Source: an uncultured bacterium (GTDB lineage Bacteria; Babelota; Babeliae; Babelales; Babelaceae). From it: a stretch of 64,000 nt of DNA. How positions within the stretch are numbered: position 1 is the stretch's first letter; each line of letters starts with the position of its first letter. Location: NCBI GenBank assembly GCA_963722385.1, contig CAVRKK010000002.1, positions 96,001 to 160,000 of the forward strand, written 5' to 3'. Shown piece after piece: positions 43,063 through 52,274 of the stretch. The notes beneath the pieces were generated by a model, which saw nothing but the letters and a program-made list of their open reading frames with translations, did not search any database and was not told where the DNA came from. The position numbers were made by a program, and so were the translations under genes.

Positions 43063-43473
43063 CTATATAAATGGATTGATAATCTCTAATGTATTTTCAA
43101 CCATATGCAAATGATGCATATCTTCTGAATAAATAATTGAGCAATTACCTATAAGCGCCGAAGCAAGCATAAGGCAGTCAAAGTAGGAATAACGATATTT
43201 ATCTGCCAGTAAGAGTGCTTTTTGAATAATAGTTTGATCAATGGTCACAACTAAAAATTGCAAAAAAAGTTCGTTAACAACTGCCGAAACTTGTATAGTA
43301 TCCAACATTTTCTTTTTTGTTGTAACGTTAACAAACTCATTGATTGTTTGAGTACTAATGATGATTACTTCGTGCTCATTCAGGATGGTGTTAACAATTT
43401 TTTGCTTTTTGGGCTCATCAACAGAGTAAGCATATATAAGAATGTTGCTATCAATAAAAACCTTATCTGGCAT
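43063..43473 (-). CDS. PIN-domain (VapC-like) toxin
   Basis: FIDSNILIYA, STQTINEF, SYFDCL and YSEDM. Confidence 0.92.
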   Translation of the reverse strand: MPDKVFIDSNILIYAYSVDEPKKQKIVNTILNEHEVIIISTQTINEFVNVTTKKKMLDTIQVSAVVNELFLQFLVVTIDQTIIQKALLLADKYRYSYFDCLMLASALIGNCSIIYSEDMHHLHMVENTLEIINPFI

Positions 43474-43678
43474 TTGCTTCATCTCTATTAAATTTGAAGC
43501 CCTTTGTTTTGATTTGTGCCGCGGTCAAAGTACGCTTCTTCCGAGACGGTTTTTTTTCGGGAACAAAAGCTTCTTGAAGAATAATAACTCTGAATTGGTC
43601 TTGCAGCTCCCCTTGATATTCTTTAGGGATTTTAATGGTTCCCTTTTCAGCTTTCGCCACAAATTCTATTGCTCGCAT
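43463..43678 (-). CDS. Putative antitoxin of the PIN toxin
   Basis: 71 aa; GTIKIPKEY; C-terminal FKFNRDEANAR overlapping the toxin start. Confidence 0.85.
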   Translation of the reverse strand: MRAIEFVAKAEKGTIKIPKEYQGELQDQFRVIILQEAFVPEKKPSRKKRTLTAAQIKTKGFKFNRDEANAR

Positions 43679-43756
43679 TTTCTCTGCTCCTATCTGTCTA
43701 ATTACTTTTTATATTATTAAGTATAACAATAATCTCGCGAGAAAGGTAATAAAAGA

Positions 43757-43948
43757 TTGACACTCCCCCCATGGATAAAATAGTGCCGAAGCACCCAGGG
43801 GACTCTTGCTTCATCGAGTGACCAATGCCATCTCTCCACAAGCATTGTCAGCAATAGCTTGCGCCATAGCTGATGTTAGGACGGACTGTCCGACCGCCCT
43901 GATATTTATTGCCGCATTCAAATCTCTATCCATCACCATGCCACACTC
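43757..43948 (-). mobile_element. tnpB: IS200/IS605 remnant: tnpB 3' end plus right end / omegaRNA scaffold
   Basis: Minus strand reads ECGMVMDRDLNAAINI (TnpB RuvC-III motif), then AAGCAAGAGTCCC...GGGGGGAGTGTCAA. Hairpins with GCAA and cTTCGg loops. Confidence 0.85.
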
Positions 43949-43949
43949 A

Positions 43950-44758
43950 AACCTTTGTAGGTCAAGTCAAACGTTTCTTTTTCCCTACCCGTAACGTCTT
44001 CTTTGACGGTTGCTTTTAAAAATTCGGTGACACTTTGCTGAATAGGCAACATGCTTGGTACGCGTAAGTGCTGAAATGCTGTATCTTTCTCACTCATGGC
44101 AAGCCATTGCTCAATCTCTTTAATAATTTCGTATAAAAGAACAAAGTCTCCTCGTTGGCCATGATAAAAAACGTAATGGTCTTTCAACGCGAGCTCTTGC
44201 CGTATCAAATTGGGAATTATCCCCAAGTACTGCGCAACGTGTTCAATGCCATATTCTTTTTCAAGCTTTTTTATCAAGCGATCAGCAAGCAGCCTCGTAG
44301 ATGCCATACTTAAATATGCCTGCGTCTGCGTAAGCACCTCACCCGATTTTTGGCTAATAACCGGAAGTCTCAAGCCTAGCTGCTTGACGGGCTTGAGCGA
44401 AACTTCTGAAACGCTCATTGGCTGAAGATTGCCAACCCCGATAGCAAGAGACAATTGGCTCAGCATATCATCAATTTGTTTGCGCAGTGCCGGCTGCAAA
44501 GGAAACCGGTGACCGTATACGTCGTAGAGAATTGATAAGCGCGTATGCAACCGACGTGCTTTCTCAGAAGATTTGGGTTTGAGTCTGACCAAGCACCAAT
44601 TTAGCTTCGTTCATGATTGACTGCAGCTTGCTTTCAAACTCCGCTTGGCTGGTAACCGCTAAATCTTTGCTCGCAATTTCTTCAGCCAGAGGAACATCAC
44701 CCCGCGTCATCCATATTATGGCAAGCATTATAGCAAAGCAAAGATAACGAAAGTTCAT
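43950..44758 (-). pseudogene. Secreted hypothetical protein (YVFYHGQ motif), frameshifted and truncated by the IS remnant
   Basis: Signal-peptide ORF from 44758 shifts frame near 44590 into ORF 43933-44592, which runs into the tnpB fragment. Confidence 0.7.
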
Positions 44759-44864
44759 AAAGCACCCATAAGTTATGCGGCTTGATGACATTATTCTAAA
44801 ATAGCTTATTTACGATTGTCAATAATCAAATAAATAGCGTACAGTCAATAAAGCTTTTAAATCT

Positions 44865-46541
44865 CTACGGAAGAACTCCGCTTGAGCCCCCAATTGCCGT
44901 TTGAGGAGCAAAAATTCGCCTCGCCATCCTAGCGGTAAAATCAGCTTCTGGCTGTGCCTGGTACATGACCTGCTGCTGCAACTCAACAGGCAAGCTTCTT
45001 AATAGGTTATGATCACTATTTTGTTGGAGCAAGAGTCGCGTATTGCGCCGCAGAATAATATGCTGAAGCAATCTTTTTCTAGCGCGTCCATACCATGTTC
45101 GCAGCTCACGATTAAGGCGCAGATCTCGTAATGCCCTTGTTACATGTAACCCAGCACGGTTAAGATCAAGGCTGAAGTTAAAATATACCCTGTCCTGAAA
45201 AAGAATATAATCGAAAACAGCAGCGTGGCCTCCTATGGTTGCTTCGTATAATGCTTGGTTAAAAGCGGCACATAGGCGGTCATCACTAAGCCAACCTGCG
45301 AGAACACGACGAAGAAGCTTGAGAACAAGCATATGCTCCAATCGTGCAGCACGTACGATTGCCTGATAGAGCGCGTTGCTGCCAAGCTCAGGAGCTAAAA
45401 GCGCCGATGCTAGAATATAATCAACAACATCGACATGCCCCTGGGCAACCGCCCTTAGAAACGCTCGCTCAATTACCCGCCCAAACGCGCTATCGTCGGT
45501 ATCAAGCGCGGGCAATAAAAGCCGAACAAGCTCAAGATTACCAATCCCCGCGGCAGCTATAAACCCATCCTGAATGGCATGTTGGTCGGCAACACGATTT
45601 AAGAGTGCTTCCACAACGGCAATTCGCGCTTGACCACAAGCAAGGCGTAGTGCTTCGCAGAGAAGATCGCATGAACCATCCTGCACCAATTGATCAATCA
45701 GCTCGATTGCCTGCTGATCATCAGCGAGCAGTAAGGCACGCCGCATGGGGTGCGATGCTATAAAAGTGAAGATCTGAGGATAATTATTAAGATCACCCGC
45801 TATCCTGCCACCATTCATAAAGAACCAGAGAATCATGGCCTTTTGTGTGGGGTATGACAGTATGCTAATGGTCGTTAAACACGTGCTCGTGGCTGGTATA
45901 ACGGGATGCGCACCATGCTCTAATAACCAGTTGACAAATTCGCAACCAATAGCTGCGGTATTAATCGGGTCGGTACCAGAAGCATTACGCACCGTTTCTG
46001 CCAAGAGTTCGTAAAGGTGGGGATATGCTCTTTGGAGCAGCGCCTTCCATTGCTGTTGTTCGGCAACAATTTTTTGGTTGAGCTTATAGAAATTAAGCCA
46101 GGTTCGGCCCTCATTATAATCACAGAAAAAAGTCTTGCCATAATCCGCATCAGCAAGCGCTCTGCCAAAAATTGTCTCTCCCGTATCAGACAAACAGTTA
46201 ATATTTGCACCTGATTCTATCATGAACAACAAGGAAGCAAAGTCGCCCCTACCCAAGAACCGAATGACTGCCAATTGAGCCAACGGCAACTTCCCATAAG
46301 TTATATCAAGATGCGCCCCCCTGCTCAATTGATGGCCAACGGCATCAAGATCAGATTGCAGTAATGCATCATGCACTAACCGGTAAAAACGTTTTTTTGC
46401 AAGCCGCTGCCTCTTGCGAGCAGGTGTTTTATTAGGCAAAGAGGTATCATCTGCCTTCCTCTTGTCCTCCATGCCAGACACGCCTGGAGAAAAAATTAAA
46501 AAAAACAGCATGAAGGCAAAAAAGATTTTTCTGTTTTCCAT
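44865..46541 (-). CDS. Secreted ankyrin-repeat protein with basic NLS-like patch and C-terminal F-box-like motif
   Basis: Signal peptide ending VSGME; PARKRQRLAKKR; ankyrin-like repeats (AAAGIGNLELVRLLL, AVAQGHVDVVDYIL); LLRSLPVELQQQVM. Confidence 0.85.
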   Translation of the reverse strand: MENRKIFFAFMLFFLIFSPGVSGMEDKRKADDTSLPNKTPARKRQRLAKKRFYRLVHDALLQSDLDAVGHQLSRGAHLDITYGKLPLAQLAVIRFLGRGDFASLLFMIESGANINCLSDTGETIFGRALADADYGKTFFCDYNEGRTWLNFYKLNQKIVAEQQQWKALLQRAYPHLYELLAETVRNASGTDPINTAAIGCEFVNWLLEHGAHPVIPATSTCLTTISILSYPTQKAMILWFFMNGGRIAGDLNNYPQIFTFIASHPMRRALLLADDQQAIELIDQLVQDGSCDLLCEALRLACGQARIAVVEALLNRVADQHAIQDGFIAAAGIGNLELVRLLLPALDTDDSAFGRVIERAFLRAVAQGHVDVVDYILASALLAPELGSNALYQAIVRAARLEHMLVLKLLRRVLAGWLSDDRLCAAFNQALYEATIGGHAAVFDYILFQDRVYFNFSLDLNRAGLHVTRALRDLRLNRELRTWYGRARKRLLQHIILRRNTRLLLQQNSDHNLLRSLPVELQQQVMYQAQPEADFTARMARRIFAPQTAIGGSSGVLP

Positions 46542-46730
46542 AGCAGCTCAATCTCGCAATTATTAGATTTCGTAATAGAATATCGACTATTTTAGTTTGC
46601 CATATTATTTAAAATAGGCAAATAAATTTCAGATTTTTTAAACTTTTAAATTCTGAAACTGTAATTTTAATAAATTTAAAGAAGGCAGAAGCTGGTCATG
46701 GCCACGTGGCCGATATGTAGTAAGCAAGGT

Positions 46731-47196
46731 AAATAAATAGAATAGAATAATATCCGCCTACGCGGCGAGCGGCTAAGGGACATCCCGCCTCCGCTGATCG
46801 CTTTTTTTACAAAAAGCTGCTGCGGACATAGCGATGCGCTACTACGCATCGCTATGTCCGCAGCAATCCTGATGCAACATGCTTAATGCCTATAAGCTCG
46901 GTGAGTAGTTATCGTAGGCTTTGCGTGCGATAACTTATGCCATTTATCAGGTACGCAGCGCCATGAGCAGATAATGCGCCCTGCTCATCGGATAAGAGGC
47001 GAAGTAATAATGGTTTACTTGGGGGTAGCGAGCGAGGATATTAATTGCCAAAGTCTAATTGAAATCGCTTCAACATAACTTATCATATAAAATAACTAAC
47101 TATTTTTTTGAATAACTTATGAAGGGAATGCGCCTACGCGGCGGCCGCCGCCCTGCCGCTCGACGCGCAGTCGCGCCCGCCGCGTAGGCGCCCGCT
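46731..47196 (+). repeat. Structured intergenic element, copy D (diverged)
   Basis: Termini 46755-46770 / 47175-47190 (15/16 complementary). Shares caatcc.gatgcaa...tataagct.ggtgagtagttatcgt with the other copies and shares the nested insert of copy A. Confidence 0.85.
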
Positions 47197-47284
47197 ATAA
47201 ACTCAGCAACTATTGACGATTGGACCCGGTATCGCTAATCTGGTGCAGTTACCAGCTACAATGCGATGTACTCGAAGAGGAAAT

Positions 47285-47887
47285 ATGTTTACGCTGCCGC
47301 CACTACCTTACCATTTTGATGCCCTTGAGCCGTACATTGATGCATTAACGATGGAAATTCATTATACAAAGCATCATAAAGGATATGTTGACCACCTCAA
47401 TGCTGCGGTGGAAAAACATCCCGAATTATTTAAGCAGACGGTAACTGATTTGGTAAGCCACCTCGATCTCGTTCCTGAAGATATACGGCTAGCGGTACGC
47501 AACCAGGGCGGTGGTCATTTTAATCATACCTTTTTTTGGCCGCTCATGAGTCACCAACCAACCCGCCTCCATGGCGGTCTCGGCAAAGAAATTGACGTAG
47601 CTTTTGGTGGCATTGAGCAATTTAAATTACTTTTTTCAAAAGCAGCCAAAGAGCGCTTTGGCTCTGGTTGGGCGTGGCTCTGCTTAGACAAAGCTGGTAA
47701 GCTTGTTATCTCATCAACGTCAAATCAGGATACGCCCCTGGCAAGTAACTTGAAACCTGTTCTGGGCCTTGATGTATGGGAACACGCATACTATCTTAAG
47801 TACCACAATCGCCGCGTTGATTATATTGATGCTTGGTGGCATGTGGTTAATTGGGAAACCGCTGAGCATAATTTTCAAACGGCGTGA
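47285..47887 (+). CDS. sodA: Superoxide dismutase (Mn/Fe, Mn-type signature)
   Basis: HYTKHH, NQGGGHFNH, FGSGWAWL and DVWEHAYY. Confidence 0.96.
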   Translation: MFTLPPLPYHFDALEPYIDALTMEIHYTKHHKGYVDHLNAAVEKHPELFKQTVTDLVSHLDLVPEDIRLAVRNQGGGHFNHTFFWPLMSHQPTRLHGGLGKEIDVAFGGIEQFKLLFSKAAKERFGSGWAWLCLDKAGKLVISSTSNQDTPLASNLKPVLGLDVWEHAYYLKYHNRRVDYIDAWWHVVNWETAEHNFQTA

Positions 47888-47889
47888 AT

Positions 47890-48390
47890 TTAGGGCATAC
47901 CACTACCGCCAGCTCCCTGGGTGGCTGTTGGACTTAAACCGGCAGCTCCGGTATCTATTGAAGCGCTGGACCATCCTACATTATCAACCGTTGCCGTCGG
48001 CCCTACCAATCCGGATGTTCCCGTGCCTACCCCTACGCCAGGGTTTATGTACTTTTTCCGCCTCGTTATGAAGCGGGTAGGTCTTTGAGGTAGCACCGTT
48101 TCAAACTCTGTTCCTGGTGCTGCTGCTTTTTCGGTCTCAGCTGCTCGTTCAGGCTCATGAGTAAAGCGGGTAATAATGGTTTTAGTTTCTTCTACGGGGG
48201 GACTTGCCTCTGATAGGGACTGCGGTTGAGGCGTTGATTCTGGAAAAACAGCTGACTCGGGTGAGGGCACCGTTACCATCTGTGGCGCTTGGCCACCAGG
48301 ACACATCCAGGCAACCATCTGTCCACAACTATCACGAGTGCTTGTACACACACTCAAAAAGATAACATAAAGAGTAACATACCTATTCAT
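47890..48390 (-). CDS. Secreted low-complexity hypothetical protein
   Basis: Signal peptide; P/E/T-rich then G-rich sequence. Confidence 0.65.
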   Translation of the reverse strand: MNRYVTLYVIFLSVCTSTRDSCGQMVAWMCPGGQAPQMVTVPSPESAVFPESTPQPQSLSEASPPVEETKTIITRFTHEPERAAETEKAAAPGTEFETVLPQRPTRFITRRKKYINPGVGVGTGTSGLVGPTATVDNVGWSSASIDTGAAGLSPTATQGAGGSGMP

Positions 48391-48406
48391 ATGGTCTCAC
48401 ACGAGT

Positions 48407-48432
48407 GAGAAAGCGGTCTATTCCGCTTTCTC
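48407..48432. terminator. Hairpin terminator
   Basis: gagaaagcgg-tctatt-ccgctttctc after the stop of 48445-48744. Confidence 0.6.
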
Positions 48433-48444
48433 ATAACTTATTCG

Positions 48445-48744
48445 TTACTTCTTTGGAGCTTCGGCGCCTTCGCCAGATACACAGGTCCATTCCATTTCAG
48501 GCGTCTTATATGCGTGACAATTTTGGAAGCACTTGTCTTCGGTCTTGACGCACGCCTGGCCACCTTCTTCGGCACCAATCCCAGCACCGGTTAATGTACA
48601 TATGGCATCACCTGATTGCATTTTATATACCTGACAAGCATCTTTGCAATTAAGAGCAGTTGGCTTTGAATCATCCCAATCCGCAGGGTGGGCAACAAAG
48701 CAGCTTCCCAACATAAGTGCAAGCGCTAAACGTTGAATAATCAT
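48445..48744 (-). CDS. Small secreted Cys-rich protein
   Basis: AAGGAG RBS; signal peptide; regularly spaced Cys (CxxxC ... CxxxC). Confidence 0.75.
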   Translation of the reverse strand: MIIQRLALALMLGSCFVAHPADWDDSKPTALNCKDACQVYKMQSGDAICTLTGAGIGAEEGGQACVKTEDKCFQNCHAYKTPEMEWTCVSGEGAEAPKK

Positions 48745-48837
48745 AGTATCTCCTTATTTTAATAATAATATATCATTATTTAATGTAACAATTTGAATTA
48801 TAAAAAATCAATACTTTTATAACTTGATAAAATAAAA

Positions 48838-49047
48838 TCAGCTATGGCTCCGACCAATCCGCGTGCGCGTGAATTCACCAGGCAAAACGCAATATGGACC
48901 CGCAAGGCCGCCAATAGGTCGACCCAATTCAGCCATGTTTATATTGCATCGTTGCGCACTTACTGCATTGGGCATAACAGGTGCTGGAAGGTAGCAATTC
49001 CACACCATTGAAACAAAAATAATTGCGTAAAAATACCAAAAGCTCAT
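48838..49047 (-). CDS. Small secreted hypothetical protein
   Basis: AAGGTG RBS; hydrophobic N-terminus; two Cys in the mature part. Confidence 0.55.
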   Translation of the reverse strand: MSFWYFYAIIFVSMVWNCYLPAPVMPNAVSAQRCNINMAELGRPIGGLAGPYCVLPGEFTRTRIGRSHS

Positions 49048-49114
49048 GGGTCACCTTACTTTTTTAATCATAAGAAAGGGTGCCACCATAGAAATGGTGC
49101 GGCACCCCTCGCTC

Positions 49115-49315
49115 TTAAATTATTTCACCTAAGGCTTCACCGATATCTTCCACAACATTACCGGCGCCCTCAATGACCTCGCCAACCATGCCAGGTTCTT
49201 CGACTAAAACTTCCTCGGAAGGCTCACCATACATGGCGTACCTATCTGCTTTGATATACGATACGCTTGATGCAGATGCCAACAATAATGCCAGCGTTAT
49301 ATACATGCTCTTCAT
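49115..49315 (-). CDS. Small secreted acidic protein
   Basis: AAGGGG RBS; signal peptide; downstream hairpin 49078-49107. Confidence 0.7.
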   Translation of the reverse strand: MKSMYITLALLLASASSVSYIKADRYAMYGEPSEEVLVEEPGMVGEVIEGAGNVVEDIGEALGEII

Positions 49316-49665
49316 GCGTTTTCCCCTTTTGATTAATAGGATTATACGATTAATTATTCAATTATAAATATCTATAATTATATATATCTAATTGACATAC
49401 AAGAATGCAATAGTTTTATTAAAAAGTCATATCTTGCCAACTTTGGCAGCATTTATAAAATAGATTTTAATGAATAAACTGCTCGTATTTTGCGTAATTG
49501 AGGCTCAGCTTCGGCACAAAAGTATATTGACAGAGCTCTTAGGCAAGAAAATAAATTTGTTGGAAAATTTAAGGGAATTTCCTAATTATAAGGCTTAAAA
49601 ATGATTTTCCGTTGCTTTTCTCTAATGTGTAGACGTGTTATAGTAGGAGCGCGCTTAAGAAAGGG

Positions 49666-50229
49666 TTGATCATGACATGGTGCAACAGATTATTTGCTAT
49701 TTTTTTGTTAAGCCTCTTTTTGCATTCGAGGACAGGGGAACAATCTTATCAAGCTGCCTATCAAGTAATAATCAAGGGCATCAGCGAGCAAGATATAGCA
49801 ACGGTAAAAAGGGCTCTCGAAGAAAATAAAAGCAAACTTAGCAGCAATCAACGAAGAAAAATAGTGGCTTATGTGGAAGAAATAAGCCAAGAGAAAGAAA
49901 ATGAAGCTTGGTTTTCTTTCGAAAGTAAAAAAAGCATATCATCTACTTTGTGCGTGATAGCGGCCATGGTAGCCTTTGGATCACTGAGCCAGCCATCCAT
50001 CGATCTCCTAAGATTAATTTTATTCTACAAACATGTGGCCCCCGCAGAGTGGAGAAACTTTCTTTTAGACCCAACGGTACAAGCACTCATAGTGATCGCT
50101 TTTGTTTCGTTCGGTATAGCCATCATAACTGGATATGACAATATAACAGGCTATTATAGTGAACCATCGCGCTATATTCAAGATCTCGTCGAACAGCATA
50201 TTCCTGGCGAAATTCGATCATTTGGTTAA
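49666..50229 (+). CDS. Hypothetical membrane protein
   Basis: Signal peptide plus two TM segments. Confidence 0.7.
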   Translation: MIMTWCNRLFAIFLLSLFLHSRTGEQSYQAAYQVIIKGISEQDIATVKRALEENKSKLSSNQRRKIVAYVEEISQEKENEAWFSFESKKSISSTLCVIAAMVAFGSLSQPSIDLLRLILFYKHVAPAEWRNFLLDPTVQALIVIAFVSFGIAIITGYDNITGYYSEPSRYIQDLVEQHIPGEIRSFG

Positions 50230-50338
50230 GCTTTTTAGAAATCTCGTGTGGGAAATTTGACGCGTCAAAACTGAAGGGGATAAGAACCTTTGCCTGCGTT
50301 AGGTCGGATAAGAAACTACTTACCCGACCTATGGATGC

Positions 50339-50644
50339 TCACATAGTCACTTTGCGTGCACTGTAGGTGACGCCATTGGTGCCTTCACGCATGGTGGCGC
50401 GCCCTGCATGTGGTTCTTCATTATGATAGTCTGGTTGATCGCGAACTGCCCAGGTTGCCCAACGTTTGTGCCGCCTTGGTATACGGCCTTTTTCGCTACT
50501 TCGTCGGGTTCGCCAGCCATTACGCCTTTTGGTTGTAATAGGCTCTTCCTCATAGCTTTCCGACCCCTTAACGGAGAGACTAGCCATGGTGAGGCCTGCT
50601 AATGCAGCACCTAAAAGAAAACTTCTGCCTAGGTATCTCTTCAT
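50339..50644 (-). CDS. Small secreted Arg-rich basic protein
   Basis: AGGAGG RBS; signal peptide; KRRNGWRTRR and RIPRRHKR; downstream hairpin ~50300-50331. Confidence 0.75.
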   Translation of the reverse strand: MKRYLGRSFLLGAALAGLTMASLSVKGSESYEEEPITTKRRNGWRTRRSSEKGRIPRRHKRWATWAVRDQPDYHNEEPHAGRATMREGTNGVTYSARKVTM

Positions 50645-50838
50645 ATGGCCTCCTATTTAAATATGCTGACGAATAACAGGGAATTAGCTCGTTAATTTTT
50701 CATCAACCAAGGTTACCGTACCACGGATCACTCTTTATTTGCAACAGTACTACCACGTTGTTCTTGCTAAGATATCTTTATGCAAGAAGCTTGACCCCGA
50801 TGAGTATAAATCCATAAGAAAGTCGTAAAATAGAGAAT

Positions 50839-51345
50839 CTATTTTTTATTGAGTTTAATACGCATTGACGTAAGAGAGGCAAGCTCACTGCTTGAGAATT
50901 TTTGAAGAAAGTTATAGGTGTTGGGTGGAAAAGCCTGAGCGTGCCATGATAACTTATAGCCGATATAGGTGGTAAACGTTGAATTAGTCAAATCTTTGAA
51001 TGCTTGTGCAATAGGTTTATACTTTTCATCTTTTTGAAAAATGTCCGCCATCTTTTGCGCAAATTCTTGCCAGGATATGCTGGTATCATTGGCATCAACA
51101 AACTTTTTAACAAGGCTCAGCGCTTCGTCATCGATGCTCGCCTTTTTTTCAGAAGGTTGTTGCTTTACGGGGACTACAGGGGGTAATGATGATGGCTTGG
51201 GCTCAGGACTGGGTTGTAAAGGCGCTTTTGGCAATAGTTGCGATTGAGCTGCCGGTAGCGACTCTACTTTTTTTGGAGATTCACTCAATAATGGTATATT
51301 CAATAAGAAGGGATAGGTCACTAATAATAATAGTATGTTCTTCAT
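50839..51345 (-). CDS. Secreted hypothetical protein, paralogue of 51395-51799
   Basis: Signal peptide and Pro-rich linker; shared ISW..FA, AFK, IG..L and RIKLN motifs. Confidence 0.75.
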   Translation of the reverse strand: MKNILLLLVTYPFLLNIPLLSESPKKVESLPAAQSQLLPKAPLQPSPEPKPSSLPPVVPVKQQPSEKKASIDDEALSLVKKFVDANDTSISWQEFAQKMADIFQKDEKYKPIAQAFKDLTNSTFTTYIGYKLSWHAQAFPPNTYNFLQKFSSSELASLTSMRIKLNKK

Positions 51346-51394
51346 GAACTATCAAACTTAGGGCCAGAACGATAATTCTGGCCCTTGCATTAAC

Positions 51395-51799
51395 TTAAAG
51401 TTCGCTTTTTAATTTTTGACAATTTACTTGGCTATTGAGTTTAATACGCCAGTTAATCATATTTTTGAGCCAGATACGACTGTAAGCGGCAAACTCAGCA
51501 CTCGCTTGTTCAGGAAGGTCGATATTTGCCAGGGCCTCACCTATGTCAGCAGCGCTTGCCATGCCGATCGTTTTCTTAAACGCAGGAGCAAGCTTTCGAA
51601 GATTTTGCTGGCCAGAATTTTCTAATATCGTGGTCACTGCTTCAGCAAAGCATTTCCAGCTGATGTCTTTCTTGTTTTCATTAAGAAGATGCTTAGCGAG
51701 CTTTTTAATTTTCTGTTCAGCAGCCGGAGCTGAATAGATGCAGCCACCCAACAAAAGTGAGCTTGCTATAACTAATGATGTTATGGTTCGTTTCAACAT
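51395..51799 (-). CDS. Putative lipoprotein
   Basis: AAGGA RBS; lipobox-like LLLGGC. Confidence 0.75.
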   Translation of the reverse strand: MLKRTITSLVIASSLLLGGCIYSAPAAEQKIKKLAKHLLNENKKDISWKCFAEAVTTILENSGQQNLRKLAPAFKKTIGMASAADIGEALANIDLPEQASAEFAAYSRIWLKNMINWRIKLNSQVNCQKLKSEL

Positions 51800-51835
51800 G
51801 ATTGATTCCTTTATTATTGTAAATAAAAGCGTTTA

Positions 51836-51873
51836 CAAAAAAATCAGCCTTAAGCTTAAGGCTGATTTTTTTG
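51836..51873. repeat. Perfect 38-bp loopless palindrome
   Basis: caaaaaaatcagccttaag|cttaaggctgatttttttg spanning the stop codon of 51856-52080. Confidence 0.9.
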
Positions 51874-52080
51874 ATCGGGCTCATAGATTGAGCTTGAGAA
51901 GATGCTGTCAAAAACATCGTTATTGTCATGAGTGCTTGTTGTTGTCTCTGGTCGGCATTCAGGTTGCTCAGCAACAGATGACGTGCAGCCTGATGTTATT
52001 TCATTCTCGATTTTTTCTGCTGAATAAGCATTAAGTGCCATCAAGCACATGCCTACAAGCAATTTTGCGTTTGTATTCAT
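51856..52080 (-). CDS. Small secreted hypothetical protein
   Basis: Signal peptide ending AYS-A. Confidence 0.6.
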   Translation of the reverse strand: MNTNAKLLVGMCLMALNAYSAEKIENEITSGCTSSVAEQPECRPETTTSTHDNNDVFDSIFSSSIYEPDQKNQP

Positions 52081-52274
52081 AATCAAATCCCATATTTCAT
52101 TGGTTATTGCATGTTTACAAAATTAATTCTAGTTAATTTAAAAATATATGTCAAGTCGAATAAGTCTTCTCGAGGGAAAAACAACCCTTATATCGCTCTA
52201 TTTCACAAAAAATCTCTGTTTTGAAGCAATTTTCAAAAAGAACTTAAGTGCAATACATGCACATCGATCTTACG

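Noticed and set aside
47890..52080. Integron cassette array
   Set aside because: The intergenic hairpins are unrelated to one another, lack RYYYAAC/GTTRRRY attC ends, and no integrase is present.
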